Origin: a bacterium UBP2_UBA2255
Lineage (GTDB): Bacteria > Edwardsbacteria > AC1 > EtOH8
DNA length: 64,000 nt
Reading direction: 5' to 3'
Assembly: GCA_002347565.1 (NCBI GenBank)
Contig: DDXR01000038.1
Coordinates: forward strand, 9,909 to 73,908
Below, piece after piece: positions 47,721-58,045 of this stretch. Each line of letters starts with the position of its first letter. Position 1 is the stretch's first letter. Made by a program: the position numbers and the translations under genes. The notes below the pieces were generated by a model that was not told where the DNA came from, did not search any database, and saw nothing but the letters and a program-made list of their open reading frames with translations.

Positions 47721-48865
47721 ACGGCCATCAGCACCTTCTCGACCTGTGCCACCATGACGGACAGCCGGAAACTGCCGCGAACATGTTCCCGGGCTTTTTC
47801 CCGGCGTTCCTGTTTCTCCTGCTGCGTCAGCCCTATGGCGCTCCGGATCGCGCCGGCGAAGGCCTGCGCTGTCGGCTCGGCCACGAACCCGTTGTCCCCC
47901 ACCACCTCGGGCAGCGCGCCGCGGTCGGAGACGACCGGGATCGCGCCGCAGGCCATGGCCTCGGCCGCGGCCAGGCCGAAGGCCTCCAGGCACAGCGAAG
48001 GGACCAGGACGATCTCCGCCGTGCGCATCCTCGCCCAGACGTCCCGCCGCAGCAGGGCCCCGGCGTACGTCACCTGCTTGCCCAGTTTTTCGCGGCGGAT
48101 GAACGTCACCAGCTGGCCCTGGTAGCGGGCGGAGCGCCCGGTGCCGATGATCTCCAGCGGCAGGACCAGCCCCTGGTCGCGCAGCAGGGCCAGCGCCTCC
48201 AGCGCGACATGCGTCCCCTTGTGCCGCGAGACCGCCCCGACGAACAGCAGCTTGCGCTCCCGCTGTGCCGGGACGGCGCCGTCAAGAATTTCATCAGGCA
48301 GTCCGTTGTAGACCACCTGCAGCCGGTCCGGGGGGAATCCGTGCCCCGCCAGCGGCCGGGCGATGGCCTGTGAGACGGCGATCATACGCGCACGTTCCAG
48401 GGCGGGTTCGGTGTGGGACAGCCGCTGGACCAGCGACGGCGAATGGCGGTGATGCTTCCAGTAATGGCCGTAGTAATGGTTGTGGCAATGGACCGCGGTG
48501 CGGACCCCCATGTCGAGGGCCGCGGCCAGCGGGGACAGGGTCGTCCATTCCAGGTTGTGGACGTAGACCACGTCGGGCCGGTGCTTGCGCACGGCCTGCT
48601 GCACGATGCGATAGTTGCGGCGCGCCACTCCCATCCACCGCAACTTGGCCAGCAGGGTCCGCATCTGGCGGCGTTGCTCCACGCGCGGGTTCGAGGACAT
48701 CAGCGGCTCGACGCGGTACCGTTCCTCGTACTTCGCGGTCCCGGCCGTCAGCACGTCCACGGAGTGCCCCATCCGGGCCAGGCCGGTGAAGATGTCGTGG
48801 CACAGCAGCTCGGCGCCGCCCGTGTCGCGCTGGCGCATGAAGTTCTGGATGGCGAGGATTTTCAT
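47717..48865 (-). CDS. glycosyltransferase family 1 (GT4)
   Basis: LVPSLCLEAFGLAAAEAMACGAIPVVSDRGALPE; start at MKILAIQ (48865). Confidence 0.82.
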   Translation of the reverse strand: MKILAIQNFMRQRDTGGAELLCHDIFTGLARMGHSVDVLTAGTAKYEERYRVEPLMSSNPRVEQRRQMRTLLAKLRWMGVARRNYRIVQQAVRKHRPDVVYVHNLEWTTLSPLAAALDMGVRTAVHCHNHYYGHYWKHHRHSPSLVQRLSHTEPALERARMIAVSQAIARPLAGHGFPPDRLQVVYNGLPDEILDGAVPAQRERKLLFVGAVSRHKGTHVALEALALLRDQGLVLPLEIIGTGRSARYQGQLVTFIRREKLGKQVTYAGALLRRDVWARMRTAEIVLVPSLCLEAFGLAAAEAMACGAIPVVSDRGALPEVVGDNGFVAEPTAQAFAGAIRSAIGLTQQEKQERREKAREHVRGSFRLSVMVAQVEKVLMAV

Positions 48866-48887
48866 GAGATGTACGGCAGTTCGGACA

Positions 48888-49421
48888 TCAGATCCTTCGC
48901 CCGATTTTCTTCGCTGGCACACCACCAACAATAACATAGGGTTCTACATCCCTTGTCACAACGGCACCAGCACCGACAACTGCGCCATCCCCAATATTCA
49001 CGCCAGCAAGAATGATCACACCTGCGCCGATCCAAACATCATTCCCTATCTTGACGGGCTTATTGATCAGGGGCTGCTGCAAGATCATTTTTGTGCTTCT
49101 CTTGATGCCATGCTCATTCGTAAAAACCATCAACCCTGGGCCGATCATCACGTCGTGGCCTATTTCTATTTTTTCATCGGCGTTCAAGATCGCATTCAAA
49201 CCGATGCTTGAGTTATCGCCGATAAAAATGTTCCAGTAGTAGTTCAATTGGGCGCCTGGCTGTATGTTCACATTTCTCCCCATCTTCCCGACAAAATAGC
49301 GCAGAAAAGCGACCCGAGCTCTGGAACCAAAAGATTTGGCATCACGGGGTGCCGGTAAATCCTTCAGGAAAAGTGCGTAGAATAGCATGATCGCCTTTTC
49401 CAGATTATACTTGAGGCTCAT
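48888..49421 (-). CDS. hexapeptide-repeat sugar O-acetyltransferase (LbH family; WbbJ/MAT-like)
   Basis: IGDNSSIG...[10 protein letters not shown]...[31 protein letters not shown] hexapeptide repeats; ~47% GC, lower than the flanks. Confidence 0.8.
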   Translation of the reverse strand: MSLKYNLEKAIMLFYALFLKDLPAPRDAKSFGSRARVAFLRYFVGKMGRNVNIQPGAQLNYYWNIFIGDNSSIGLNAILNADEKIEIGHDVMIGPGLMVFTNEHGIKRSTKMILQQPLINKPVKIGNDVWIGAGVIILAGVNIGDGAVVGAGAVVTRDVEPYVIVGGVPAKKIGRRI

Positions 49422-50590
49422 TTCGCAACGTACCTTTCGATGATGTCGCATAGTTCCTCCACTCTCGCACCCCAGCTCCAACCAGACACCTGCCCGGTAA
49501 TGCGGGCCTGTATTGCTGCCCGATCGACCGGTGTCAGACATGCGTCGATGTACCGCGAAAAGACGGCTCGATCCTGCGATACCATAACATGTTCCTTCAA
49601 TGAATCATCCACTGGTACTGTTGAAACCACCATTTTCCCGGAAGCTTTATATTCAAGCAGTTTCAGTGGAAATCTGGAGCGCACAAATTCCTTATATCGG
49701 CCATCACATATCCATGGTATCAAACAGACAGCGAACGGCTTCAAGTAGGCTGGCAATGAGGTCCATGGCTTTGCCCCAAGGTAATGCATGTTTGTATTGC
49801 CATCAATCAGAAGCTTCAAACGCTCTCGACAGTCGTCCGTAACCGGTCCGATAAACACAAAACTCCTCCCCGCGTTTTGCGAGACTACGTATTCTAGTAA
49901 ATTGTAATCCAAGCCGGCATCGATCATGCCAACATAACCGATAATGGGGGGTGATATTCGCGAGATATCCTCTGGCACAGATAGCGGTTGTTGATTCTGC
50001 AAGTAAAAATGTTCGTCAACACCATGCTTAAACAACACGGCATTGGTGTTCATCGATTTGCATTTATCAAACAATGCCTCGGTAATAGCCAATGGTACGG
50101 TTACATTCGTGATCATTGCCTTTTCCCTGTTCTCCATCACTGAACGGAATTGACCGGAGTAGATTTCGGGGAAATTATCCGAGCAATGATAGACCGTGCA
50201 GGCAGCATCGGGGAAGGCGTCCAGCAAAAACGTATTCCAGGGGTTGCCCAGGAACAGTATCAGCTTGCTCGGGTCATACCGGCCCAGGGCGTGTTTGATC
50301 TGTGCGACAAAATACTTCGGATCGGCCGTGTTCATGACGAAATCGAACTTGTTCTTCCACGGCAGTTCCGAGGGCGACAGCACGGTCAGGCTTTCGTTCC
50401 CGGGCCGCCAGGCGCGCCCGGCCAGCGCCGCCAGCCCGTATTCCCCGACCTGCGCGTCAAGCGGCCGCGGGGGGTCGACAAAAATGACCCGGTTCTTTTT
50501 GGCCAGCCGGGACATGATGTGGTGCTTGCTGTAGCGGTTGCGGTTCCAGGGGATATTGGAGTCGCAAACTATGGTGTATCCCTCGATCAT
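49418..50590 (-). CDS. glycosyltransferase-like protein (GT1-related fold, weakly supported)
   Basis: 390-aa soluble protein in the glycan locus whose stop overlaps the acetyltransferase ATG; lower GC. Fold assignment is tentative. Confidence 0.4.
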   Translation of the reverse strand: MIEGYTIVCDSNIPWNRNRYSKHHIMSRLAKKNRVIFVDPPRPLDAQVGEYGLAALAGRAWRPGNESLTVLSPSELPWKNKFDFVMNTADPKYFVAQIKHALGRYDPSKLILFLGNPWNTFLLDAFPDAACTVYHCSDNFPEIYSGQFRSVMENREKAMITNVTVPLAITEALFDKCKSMNTNAVLFKHGVDEHFYLQNQQPLSVPEDISRISPPIIGYVGMIDAGLDYNLLEYVVSQNAGRSFVFIGPVTDDCRERLKLLIDGNTNMHYLGAKPWTSLPAYLKPFAVCLIPWICDGRYKEFVRSRFPLKLLEYKASGKMVVSTVPVDDSLKEHVMVSQDRAVFSRYIDACLTPVDRAAIQARITGQVSGWSWGARVEELCDIIERYVAK

Positions 50591-51578
50591 CCCTTTTCCA
50601 TCAGCTCTTCCATGACGGACTGGACGGCGGCCCGCCTCTTATCCAGCGAATAGTTGTTCCCGATCCAAGAGCGGTACCGGCCGCCGTCCTCACATTCCAG
50701 CGCCTGCCTGATCTTGGCGGCGGCGGCTTCCGCTTCGCCGTACTCCGCATAGAACGCGTCGGGGCCGGCGACTTCCGGCAACGACCCCCGGCCGGTGACC
50801 ACCGGCACGCAGCCGCAGAGCATGGCCTCGGCCAGGGCGCAGCCGAACCCCTCGTGGGCCGAGAGCTGGGCGTAGACCTTTGCTTTGCCCATCAGTTCCA
50901 GGAGCCGGGGTTCCTCAAGGTACCCGGTGATCTCCAGGTTGGCCGGAGCCTCGCGCCTCAGCTTTTCGGCCGTGCCGTCGACGTCGCGGCCGGCGATGAC
51001 AAACCGAACTGGCGGCAGCAGCCGGGCCGCGGCGATGAAGGTATCCAGCCCCTTGCGGCTGACATTGTCGCGTTTCAGGTGGCAGACCGTCAGCACCAGC
51101 GGTTCCTTGGCCGCTCCGGCCGGGTATCGTGCCGGGTCGAATCCCATGGGGACCGCCACGACCCTCGCGCCGGGCGACGCCCGCAGGACCTCGCTCGCGC
51201 TGAATCCCGAGAAGGCCAGCACCCGGCCGGCGTGGCCCAGCGCCCAGTAGGCACGGCGCCATGGTCCACCCTCGGCGCGCAGGCCGTAGCCGATCTCCGG
51301 CATATGCGCCACGTCGTAGCCGCCGGCCGCGATCGCCGTCTTCCTGCCCATCAGCCTTGCCAGCGCCACCACCCAGAACGCATGCGCGCCGGAGAACCAG
51401 ACATAGGCCAGGTCCGCGTTCATCAGGTGCCGGAACGCGCGCAAGGGGAAAAGCGGGTCGCCGGCGCGGTAGCTGAGGTCGGCCAGCCGATGCCGTGTCG
51501 CCAGCATCTCGCGGTCCCTGCCCACGAACGACGCGCCTGAGGCCCATACCGGCTTGACGAAGAGTATCCTGCGCACTA
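50587..51578 (-). CDS. glycosyltransferase family 1 (GT4)
   Basis: YAQLSAHEGFGCALAEAMLCGCVPVVTGRGSLPE. Probable GTG start (VRRILFVKPVW) overlaps the upstream stop; the listed 461-aa N-terminus overlaps the methyltransferase gene. Confidence 0.7.
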
Positions 51579-52304
51579 CCGCCCCTTGGTGAGGACCATC
51601 GCCAGGCAATCCCCGCAGGTGCCGTGCAACGTCCGCCGCTGCAGCCAGTGGGCCAGGGCCGTCATCCCGTGCCGTTTCATGAGATCGTCCCCGGGGAACG
51701 AATTGCTGCCCACCCAAACCGACGTGACCTGCAGGCCCGCCCGTTCTGCCAGCGCGCGCAGCCGCTTGACCGAGAAGACATGCAGGTGCGTTTCGTCGAT
51801 CTGCCGCAGCTGCCCGAGCGCGGTCTCTCCGCGCATCATCCGCCGCCACCGCTGCTGCAGGGACGACGCGATAGGCACCGTGATGAAGATGAACCCGCCG
51901 CCGTGCAGGGCTCCCGCCATCCGTTGCAGGGCCAGCGCTGGATCGTCCAGGTGCTCCAGCACCTCGCAGCACAGCACCGCGTCAAATGCCCCGTCTCCCG
52001 GAAGCAGATAGACGCTGCCCTGCCCGACGTCGAGCCCCTTGGACCGGCAGATGTCGACAAATGGCTGCGACGCGTCGATGCCGTGGATGTCGGTGAAACC
52101 CAGGTTCCTGAGGTGCTCCAGGAAGAACCCGTCGCCGCAGCCGGCGTCGAGCACCTTGAGGCCGGTCGGCAGGCGATGGAAATACGACAGGAAGTATTCC
52201 ATCACCAGCCGGTGATGGTAGAAGATCAAACGGTTGCGGGACAGCAGCCGCCCGGCGCCGTACTGATCCCACATGTTCGAGCAAGCGGTGTTCCTGTCTT
52301 TCAT
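51576..52304 (-). CDS. class I SAM-dependent methyltransferase
   Basis: VLDAGCGDGFFLEHL ... FDAVLCCEVLEHLDDP ... LHGGGFIFI. Confidence 0.82.
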   Translation of the reverse strand: MKDRNTACSNMWDQYGAGRLLSRNRLIFYHHRLVMEYFLSYFHRLPTGLKVLDAGCGDGFFLEHLRNLGFTDIHGIDASQPFVDICRSKGLDVGQGSVYLLPGDGAFDAVLCCEVLEHLDDPALALQRMAGALHGGGFIFITVPIASSLQQRWRRMMRGETALGQLRQIDETHLHVFSVKRLRALAERAGLQVTSVWVGSNSFPGDDLMKRHGMTALAHWLQRRTLHGTCGDCLAMVLTKGR

Positions 52305-53242
52305 CGCGGGACGATCATCCGAGACATGAAGTACGCGGCCTCAGCGCCGTCGCCGATCCGCAAGCACTCCAGCGCCATGCTGCCGGCGGCCCGGCGCAGG
52401 ATCGGTCCCCGTCGGGCCGCCAGCGGGGCCGGGACCGCCGGGTCGGCCAGGGTCTTGCCCTTCAGCGCCAGCCGCTCCCTGCGGAACTTCCTGGTCCATG
52501 CCGCGCGCGATCCCGTCGTCTTGGAACTCTCGTGCGTTCGCATCGCCGCCAGGGCCTGTGGCAGGCGCGCCAGCCGGTGCCGCATCCCCAGCCGCAGCCA
52601 CAGGTCGTAGTCCATCACGTAGTGCAGCGACTCGTCGAACCACCCCAGCTCCCGCGCCGCGCCGGCCCTGAAGAAGGCCGCGGCCTGCGGAATGCCGTGG
52701 AACCAGCGGAGCATCGCCTCGAGGTCGAAGTCGGCCGCGTGCATCACCCCGGTCCGCTTCCCGCCCTCGTCGACGCCGTCGCAGTCGCCGTAGGCCATCG
52801 CGGCGTTGGGTTCCTTTCGCAATGCCTCGGCCGCTGTTCGGAGCGCGCCGGGCAGGTAGTAGTCGTCGGAGTTGATGTAGGCCGCGACCGCGCCCGTCGC
52901 CCGCCGCATCCCCTTGTTGATGGCGTGGCTCTGTCCGTTGTCCTTCTCACTCACCCAGAACGCCAGCCACGGCGCGTATTTCTTGATGATCGCAACGGTC
53001 CCGTCCGTGCTGCCGCCGTCGATCACGAGGTACTCCAGGTCCGGGTAGCCCTGCAGCAGCACCGAGCGGATCGTCTGCTCGATGAATTGCCCCTGGTTGA
53101 AGGACGGCGTGACGATGGTGATGCGCGGCCAGGGCGAACCGTCCGCCATGGCCGGCGGCGGCGAATCACAGCCCTCGGTCCAGGGCCAGCCGGTCCTGCC
53201 CGGCGGCGGGGCCGGCAGGTCGGATACGCTGGCCATCACCAT
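52301..53242 (-). CDS. glycosyltransferase family 2
   Basis: ITIVTPSFNQGQFIEQTIRSVLLQGYPDLEYLVIDGGSTDGT. ATG at 53242 (MVM) overlaps the upstream gene; the listed 449-aa ORF is over-extended. Confidence 0.82.
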   Translation of the reverse strand: MVMASVSDLPAPPPGRTGWPWTEGCDSPPPAMADGSPWPRITIVTPSFNQGQFIEQTIRSVLLQGYPDLEYLVIDGGSTDGTVAIIKKYAPWLAFWVSEKDNGQSHAINKGMRRATGAVAAYINSDDYYLPGALRTAAEALRKEPNAAMAYGDCDGVDEGGKRTGVMHAADFDLEAMLRWFHGIPQAAAFFRAGAARELGWFDESLHYVMDYDLWLRLGMRHRLARLPQALAAMRTHESSKTTGSRAAWTRKFRRERLALKGKTLADPAVPAPLAARRGPILRRAAGSMALECLRIGDGAEAAYFMSRMIVPR

Positions 53243-54234
53243 CCCGCCGCCTTCAGCAATCGGTCGCCCAACCTGACCAGCGGATGATAGGTCCTTGTCT
53301 GCGTGGATCTCAGCCACAGGTGCGTCAGTTTCTCCAGCGCGTTCCGAGGATCGCTGAACGTTCCGGTCTGGCCGGTCTTGCGGGCGATCGCGTCCCAGTC
53401 GACGTCCCAAATCGCCTGCTGGGAGAAATGCCCGGCCCCGTGCTTCCCGAACCAGCCAAGCACCTCGCGGTCGAACCAGTAGACATCGTCCTTTGTCACC
53501 GTCCGCATGTCGATCCCGGCTGCCTCGTAGGCGGCGAACCAGACGGGCCCGACCGGCTTGATCTGCCCGGCGGCGACGGCGTCCATGTGGTGGTACTGGC
53601 GGTAGAGGTCGACCGCGGACCGGCGCGGGTCGCGCAGCTGTTCCAGGCACACGTACCAGCGGTGCTTGCTTTTCATTCGGTCCCAGTCGGCGTACTGGTA
53701 ATGCAGCACCGCCCCGCGGTCGATCGTCACGATCGGACGATCAGGGTTCTTGGGCAGCCGGTCGCCATGCTGGAGTCCGCCCTGATACGGTCGGCCGTCG
53801 TCTGAATAGAAAATCCCTTTGTTGTTCGCGGCCCGCCAAAACGTTGCCAGGCCCGGCATCAGGTTCACCCAGGGCAGCGCGACCGTCGTCCCCGGCGCGG
53901 CGCCCAGCACGCCCTTCCAGATATCCGTGCCGAACACTTCGGCAGACAGGACTTCGTCGGCATCAAGCTGCGCCAGGATGCGCGGGCCGGACTGTTTCCG
54001 GGCCTCGTCGATCAGCAGCGACATCCGGGCGTGCTCGTTGTACAGGCTGGTGTCCGGGTTGTCCAGCACAGTGACCTTGGGGAACCCGCTCGCGATGGCG
54101 ACGGTATCATCGCTGGAATTCTGGTCGGCGACGATGATGCGGTCGGCCCACAAGCTGGCGCAGGCGAGGAAGCGCCCGATGATCCAGGCCTCGTTGCGGA
54201 CGGGCGTCAGGCAAATGACGGCGGGTTTCGCCAT
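53236..54234 (-). CDS. glycosyltransferase family 2-like protein
   Basis: AVICLTPVRNEAWIIGRFLACASLWADRIIVADQNSSDDT is a GT-A fold N-terminus. Confidence 0.6.
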   Translation of the reverse strand: MAKPAVICLTPVRNEAWIIGRFLACASLWADRIIVADQNSSDDTVAIASGFPKVTVLDNPDTSLYNEHARMSLLIDEARKQSGPRILAQLDADEVLSAEVFGTDIWKGVLGAAPGTTVALPWVNLMPGLATFWRAANNKGIFYSDDGRPYQGGLQHGDRLPKNPDRPIVTIDRGAVLHYQYADWDRMKSKHRWYVCLEQLRDPRRSAVDLYRQYHHMDAVAAGQIKPVGPVWFAAYEAAGIDMRTVTKDDVYWFDREVLGWFGKHGAGHFSQQAIWDVDWDAIARKTGQTGTFSDPRNALEKLTHLWLRSTQTRTYHPLVRLGDRLLKAAGW

Positions 54235-54252
54235 CTCAGATAACTGGGCCTA

Positions 54253-55401
54253 TCAAATGCTCTCCTGAATGACCGATTCATAAACCCGCTGCATTGACTT
54301 GGCGGCCTTTTCCCAGGCATATTGCATCGATCGCGCCTTGCCCATCTCTATCAATTCATCCCGTTTGTGCTGATTGTGTAACACTGTATTAACTGCACTT
54401 CGCAGTGCGCTAGGGTCCTTGGGCGGGAAGAAGACAGCCGCATCACCCGCAACTTCCCTATGGCAGCTTGTTTCGCTCGCAACAACTGGGCATTCGCACC
54501 GGAATGCTTCAGCGATGGGGAGAGAGAAACCTTCGTACAACGAAGGCACGATCAATAACTCAGCATTGGTGTAGAGATCTGCAAGCATGTGGTCGTTTGC
54601 AGCAACCTGAATGACATTCTCGGCGATTCCAAGCCCGGAAAAATAGGATCGTTCTATCCCTGAAAAAGGATTTTCGTTCGCGCATACCAATAGATACGGC
54701 TTGCTGCCGGACAGGAGCGGTCGTATCGCTTGGCATAGGAAATGAAAATTCTTGTATCCCGATCTTCTTCCGACATACAAGAAATACTTGCGTGGATATT
54801 GAGAACCTGTCGGCGCATTTCCTCTCCGACTCTGCAAGGATACCCCATGGTGTATCACGGTTATCTTTTGATGGGGGACACACAGAAAATCTATAATTTG
54901 CTTTTTAGTATTCTCCGAAACGGCAACAATATGGTTGGCCCTGTTGATTAAATCCCGTTTATAGAACAATAACGGGTCTTGGAGTGAATATTCAGGGTAC
55001 GTTTCTTGGAACATATCATGAACCGTGAGGACGAAAGGCTTCCTTCCGATCGCTGGCAGGAAGTAGGGGTCGTGGTAGGTTGGATGGAAGAGGTCATAGC
55101 GGTGCCGGTTGTTTGCCAACCACCGGTTAGCAAGTCGGCGGTTTTCGGCAAGCCGATCACTCACATATCTCGGTCCGCCAAACACAGCACGGATCCTGTT
55201 CCTGAAAGATGGATAGGGAATCTCCATCTGCAACCGTCCCAGTGCGCCATCGTCAGCCGCATATTGGTTCTGTCCGTAATAACGGGGAATCTGGATATCC
55301 ACGCCCAGCAATCGCATATGGCTGATGATCTCGAAAAAATAGCGACTTATCCCGCCATACCGTTGCATGCCGAAAATCTGGCCGTCGTATGCGACCTTCA
55401 T
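54253..55401 (-). CDS. glycosyltransferase family 1 (GT4)
   Basis: LIVPSLYEGFSLPIAEAFRCECPVVAS; ~45% GC. Confidence 0.8.
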   Translation of the reverse strand: MKVAYDGQIFGMQRYGGISRYFFEIISHMRLLGVDIQIPRYYGQNQYAADDGALGRLQMEIPYPSFRNRIRAVFGGPRYVSDRLAENRRLANRWLANNRHRYDLFHPTYHDPYFLPAIGRKPFVLTVHDMFQETYPEYSLQDPLLFYKRDLINRANHIVAVSENTKKQIIDFLCVPHQKITVIHHGVSLQSRRGNAPTGSQYPRKYFLYVGRRSGYKNFHFLCQAIRPLLSGSKPYLLVCANENPFSGIERSYFSGLGIAENVIQVAANDHMLADLYTNAELLIVPSLYEGFSLPIAEAFRCECPVVASETSCHREVAGDAAVFFPPKDPSALRSAVNTVLHNQHKRDELIEMGKARSMQYAWEKAAKSMQRVYESVIQESI

Positions 55402-56357
55402 CTGAACACTCTCGAGAGCCTGTTCGCGATTCGTGAAAGACAGCGCGCGATCATCATTTTACAGTTTTCCGCGCCTCTGGGTGTATAATACTTGAATAGC
55501 CCGCCGACATTATCCAGATTATAGTTGCAGTCCCTGCAAAGGCCGGGGAAAATACCGCGGTTGTGCTTACCGATCAATGCCATCCGTTTGGGTTCCCTGA
55601 GGACATCCTCCAAACTCTCCTTCCCAATGTTCCCAAAGACGACGCTTCCCTGAAAATCGTGTGAGCATAGAACAATATCGCCATTAGGATAGAGCACGAT
55701 CATGTTGGTGAGGTAGTCGCAGGCCGCTCGCGACGTACGTTTCACCAATCCCCGGTCAATTGTCTTGCCTTGCTGGTTATCGAATTTATAGCTCACCCTG
55801 AGGGTGATGCCTTCGATCTCGGAAAAGGTATTGATGAAATCGATCACCTCCTGCTGGTTGGCTTCAAAAGCCAGCATGTGTATTTGCGCGTTCTTCGCCT
55901 TGCGGAACTCCCCCTCGTCGCCCAGCTGCTTGATTCTCGCCACAACATTGTCGAACGACAGTCCGGTAATTCTCTCGTACGTATCCTTCCTGCCGGCGTT
56001 GAAGCTGATGAAGAAATTATCTATGCCTTTGGGCACCTTCGTAACCGCGGAGCCGTTCGTTACTATGGTCGTGGCAATGTGACGTTCGCGGCACAGCGGC
56101 AGCGCCCATTCGACCATTTCAATAAAATGCGGGTGAAGGTAGCTTTCACCGATGGAGTAAAAATTGATGTTCTTCAGTTGTTCCACATTCAAGATCTGTG
56201 CTATGAACGCTTGGAAAGCGTCCCACCCCAGGTCCAGTGGCTGCCTGATGGTGTGATTCAGGCATGTTGTACAGCGAGCCGTGCACCTCGTCGTGAAGGT
56301 GATTTTTGCTTCGACGCCGCCCGGATTGAAGAGTACCATTGGTCGGGATCGCCTCAT
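55398..56357 (-). CDS. radical SAM enzyme with SPASM/twitch-like C-terminal Cys cluster
   Basis: TTRCTARCTTC is the CxxxCxxC radical SAM motif. C-terminal CSHDFQGSVVFGN...GLCRDCNYN resembles a SPASM/twitch auxiliary cluster. ~45% GC. Confidence 0.7.
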   Translation of the reverse strand: MRRSRPMVLFNPGGVEAKITFTTRCTARCTTCLNHTIRQPLDLGWDAFQAFIAQILNVEQLKNINFYSIGESYLHPHFIEMVEWALPLCRERHIATTIVTNGSAVTKVPKGIDNFFISFNAGRKDTYERITGLSFDNVVARIKQLGDEGEFRKAKNAQIHMLAFEANQQEVIDFINTFSEIEGITLRVSYKFDNQQGKTIDRGLVKRTSRAACDYLTNMIVLYPNGDIVLCSHDFQGSVVFGNIGKESLEDVLREPKRMALIGKHNRGIFPGLCRDCNYNLDNVGGLFKYYTPRGAENCKMMIARCLSRIANRLSRVFR

Positions 56358-57595
56358 GATCCAACGCTCCAGAACGGGCGGAAAAGCGACGTCCAGCCCT
56401 TTCGGTTGACCAGCGGGTACCGTCTGCCCAGTCCGTCTGTGTTGTCCAGGTTGAACAATAGGCTCCCGTCCTGTTTTATGATCCTGCGGTCCATGTGAAT
56501 CCCGATGTCGAATTCAATCCGGTACATGCCGGCTGCCAATGTATTTGACGGGATTACCCATTTGAAGGTGTATGTTCCCGGTAACGCTTCCAGCGCTGGT
56601 GGTAACTTGTCGTCGTCATGGACTACATATGCAATTTCGTAATCATATTCGGAAAAGAGCGTAAAACCGGCAATCAAGCCGTGTATCTTCTGGTGCACGT
56701 ATACTTCGCAGCCAATTTCCAGCGGGCTTGAAGTGTGGAAGGTCCGCTGGGCGTCTTTGGGCTGAATCCATGTCCGAAGCAACGACAGATGTCCGTCGCC
56801 GGCCTGACCGCTCCATGCCTGCTTGATTTCGCCGGCATTCAGGATCAGATATCTGGAAATGACCTCTTCGATCTCGCCGGTGGCTGTCAACGTGCCATTT
56901 TCGAGGAGAATGCCTTTGGTGCAGAGGCTGGACACCGCGCCCATGTTATGGCTGACAAAAATGACTGTGCGGCCCTGCCGCGAGACCTCGCTCATTTTCC
57001 CCAAGCATTTCTTTTGAAACAGTGCGTCGCCGACGGACAGCACCTCGTCCACCAGCAGTATCTCGGGCTCCAAATGCGCCGCCACCGCGAACGCCAGCCG
57101 CATGTACATGCCCGACGAGTAGTGCTTCACCGGCGTGTCGATGAACTTTTCCACCTCGGCGAAGGCCACCATCTCGTCGAACCGCCGCCGGATCTCGGCC
57201 CGGCCCATGCCCAGGATGGCGCCGTTGAGGAAGATGTTCTCGCGGCCGGTCAGCTCCGGATGGAACCCGGTGCCCACCTCCAGCAGCGACCCCACCCGGC
57301 CCCGCAGCTCCACCCGGCCCGCGGTGGGCTCGGTGATCTTGGAGAGGATCTTCAGCAGCGTGCTCTTGCCCGCGCCGTTGCGGCCGATGACGCCCACCAC
57401 CTCGCCCTGCTTGACCTCGAACGAGACGTCCTTGAGGGCCCAGAATTCATTGTCCGTTGAACATTGCCTTGTTTGAACGTTCGGACGCTTGAACGCCGAA
57501 GCGATGGAATCGCGGAGGGTGTCGTGCTTTTTATGCAGCGCCCCGATGCGGTATTTCTTGCCAAGGCTCTCGGCCCTGATCACGGTATCTGACAT
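56354..57595 (-). CDS. wzt: polysaccharide ABC transporter ATP-binding protein Wzt with C-terminal glycan-binding (Wzt_C-like) domain
   Basis: Walker A GRNGAGKST, signature YSSGMYMRL, Walker B LLVDEVLSVGD, plus a ~160-aa C-terminal beta-rich extension. Start taken at MSDTVIRAESLGKKY. Confidence 0.85.
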   Translation of the reverse strand: MSDTVIRAESLGKKYRIGALHKKHDTLRDSIASAFKRPNVQTRQCSTDNEFWALKDVSFEVKQGEVVGVIGRNGAGKSTLLKILSKITEPTAGRVELRGRVGSLLEVGTGFHPELTGRENIFLNGAILGMGRAEIRRRFDEMVAFAEVEKFIDTPVKHYSSGMYMRLAFAVAAHLEPEILLVDEVLSVGDALFQKKCLGKMSEVSRQGRTVIFVSHNMGAVSSLCTKGILLENGTLTATGEIEEVISRYLILNAGEIKQAWSGQAGDGHLSLLRTWIQPKDAQRTFHTSSPLEIGCEVYVHQKIHGLIAGFTLFSEYDYEIAYVVHDDDKLPPALEALPGTYTFKWVIPSNTLAAGMYRIEFDIGIHMDRRIIKQDGSLLFNLDNTDGLGRRYPLVNRKGWTSLFRPFWSVGS

Positions 57596-57600
57596 TACTT

Positions 57601-57657
57601 CCGTTTGCACGTTGGAGCGTTGAGACGTTATCACGTTCGAACGCGTTGACGTTATTG
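57601..57657. repeat. tandem array of six ACGTT-core units with 8-nt period, abutting the 3' end of the four-helix-bundle gene
   Basis: gcACGTTggagCGTTgagACGTTatcACGTTcgaACGCGTTgACGTTatt; unit starts at 57609, 57617, 57625, 57633, 57641 and 57649. Confidence 0.7.
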
Positions 57658-58017
57658 GTTTTTAAGGTACGTTATCAATTTGCTGATCTGGCTGCTGCAC
57701 TTTTCGGCCTTGTCGAACAGGACCGCGAAATCGTCGCGGCTGATGTACTCCTGGTCGAGCACGGCATACAACTGGGACCGGAACTCTCCCGAGGAGGCCT
57801 TGGCGATGCCGAGATAGCGGATGAACCCCGGCTTCGTCTGGCTCTCGAAACCCTCGGCGATGTTCGACATGATCGAGACCGCGGAACGGCAGATCTGGTC
57901 GCGCAGTCCAAAATCACGCTTGAACGCCTTGCTGCCGGAGATCGCATACGCCGCCCTGGTCAGTTCCCGCGCCGTCTTCCAGGCTTCGATGTCCTCGAAC
58001 CGCTTGAAGGTGCCCAT
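57652..58017 (-). CDS. four-helix-bundle protein (23S rRNA intervening-sequence protein family)
   Basis: MGTFKRFEDIEAWKTARELTRAAYAISG...DQICRSAVSIMSNIAEGF...YLGIAKASSGEFRSQLYAV is characteristic of this family; it sits between wzm and wzt. Confidence 0.8.
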   Translation of the reverse strand: MGTFKRFEDIEAWKTARELTRAAYAISGSKAFKRDFGLRDQICRSAVSIMSNIAEGFESQTKPGFIRYLGIAKASSGEFRSQLYAVLDQEYISRDDFAVLFDKAEKCSSQISKLITYLKNQ

Positions 58018-58045
58018 TTCTATTAACCCTTGATTGTTGAATCCT

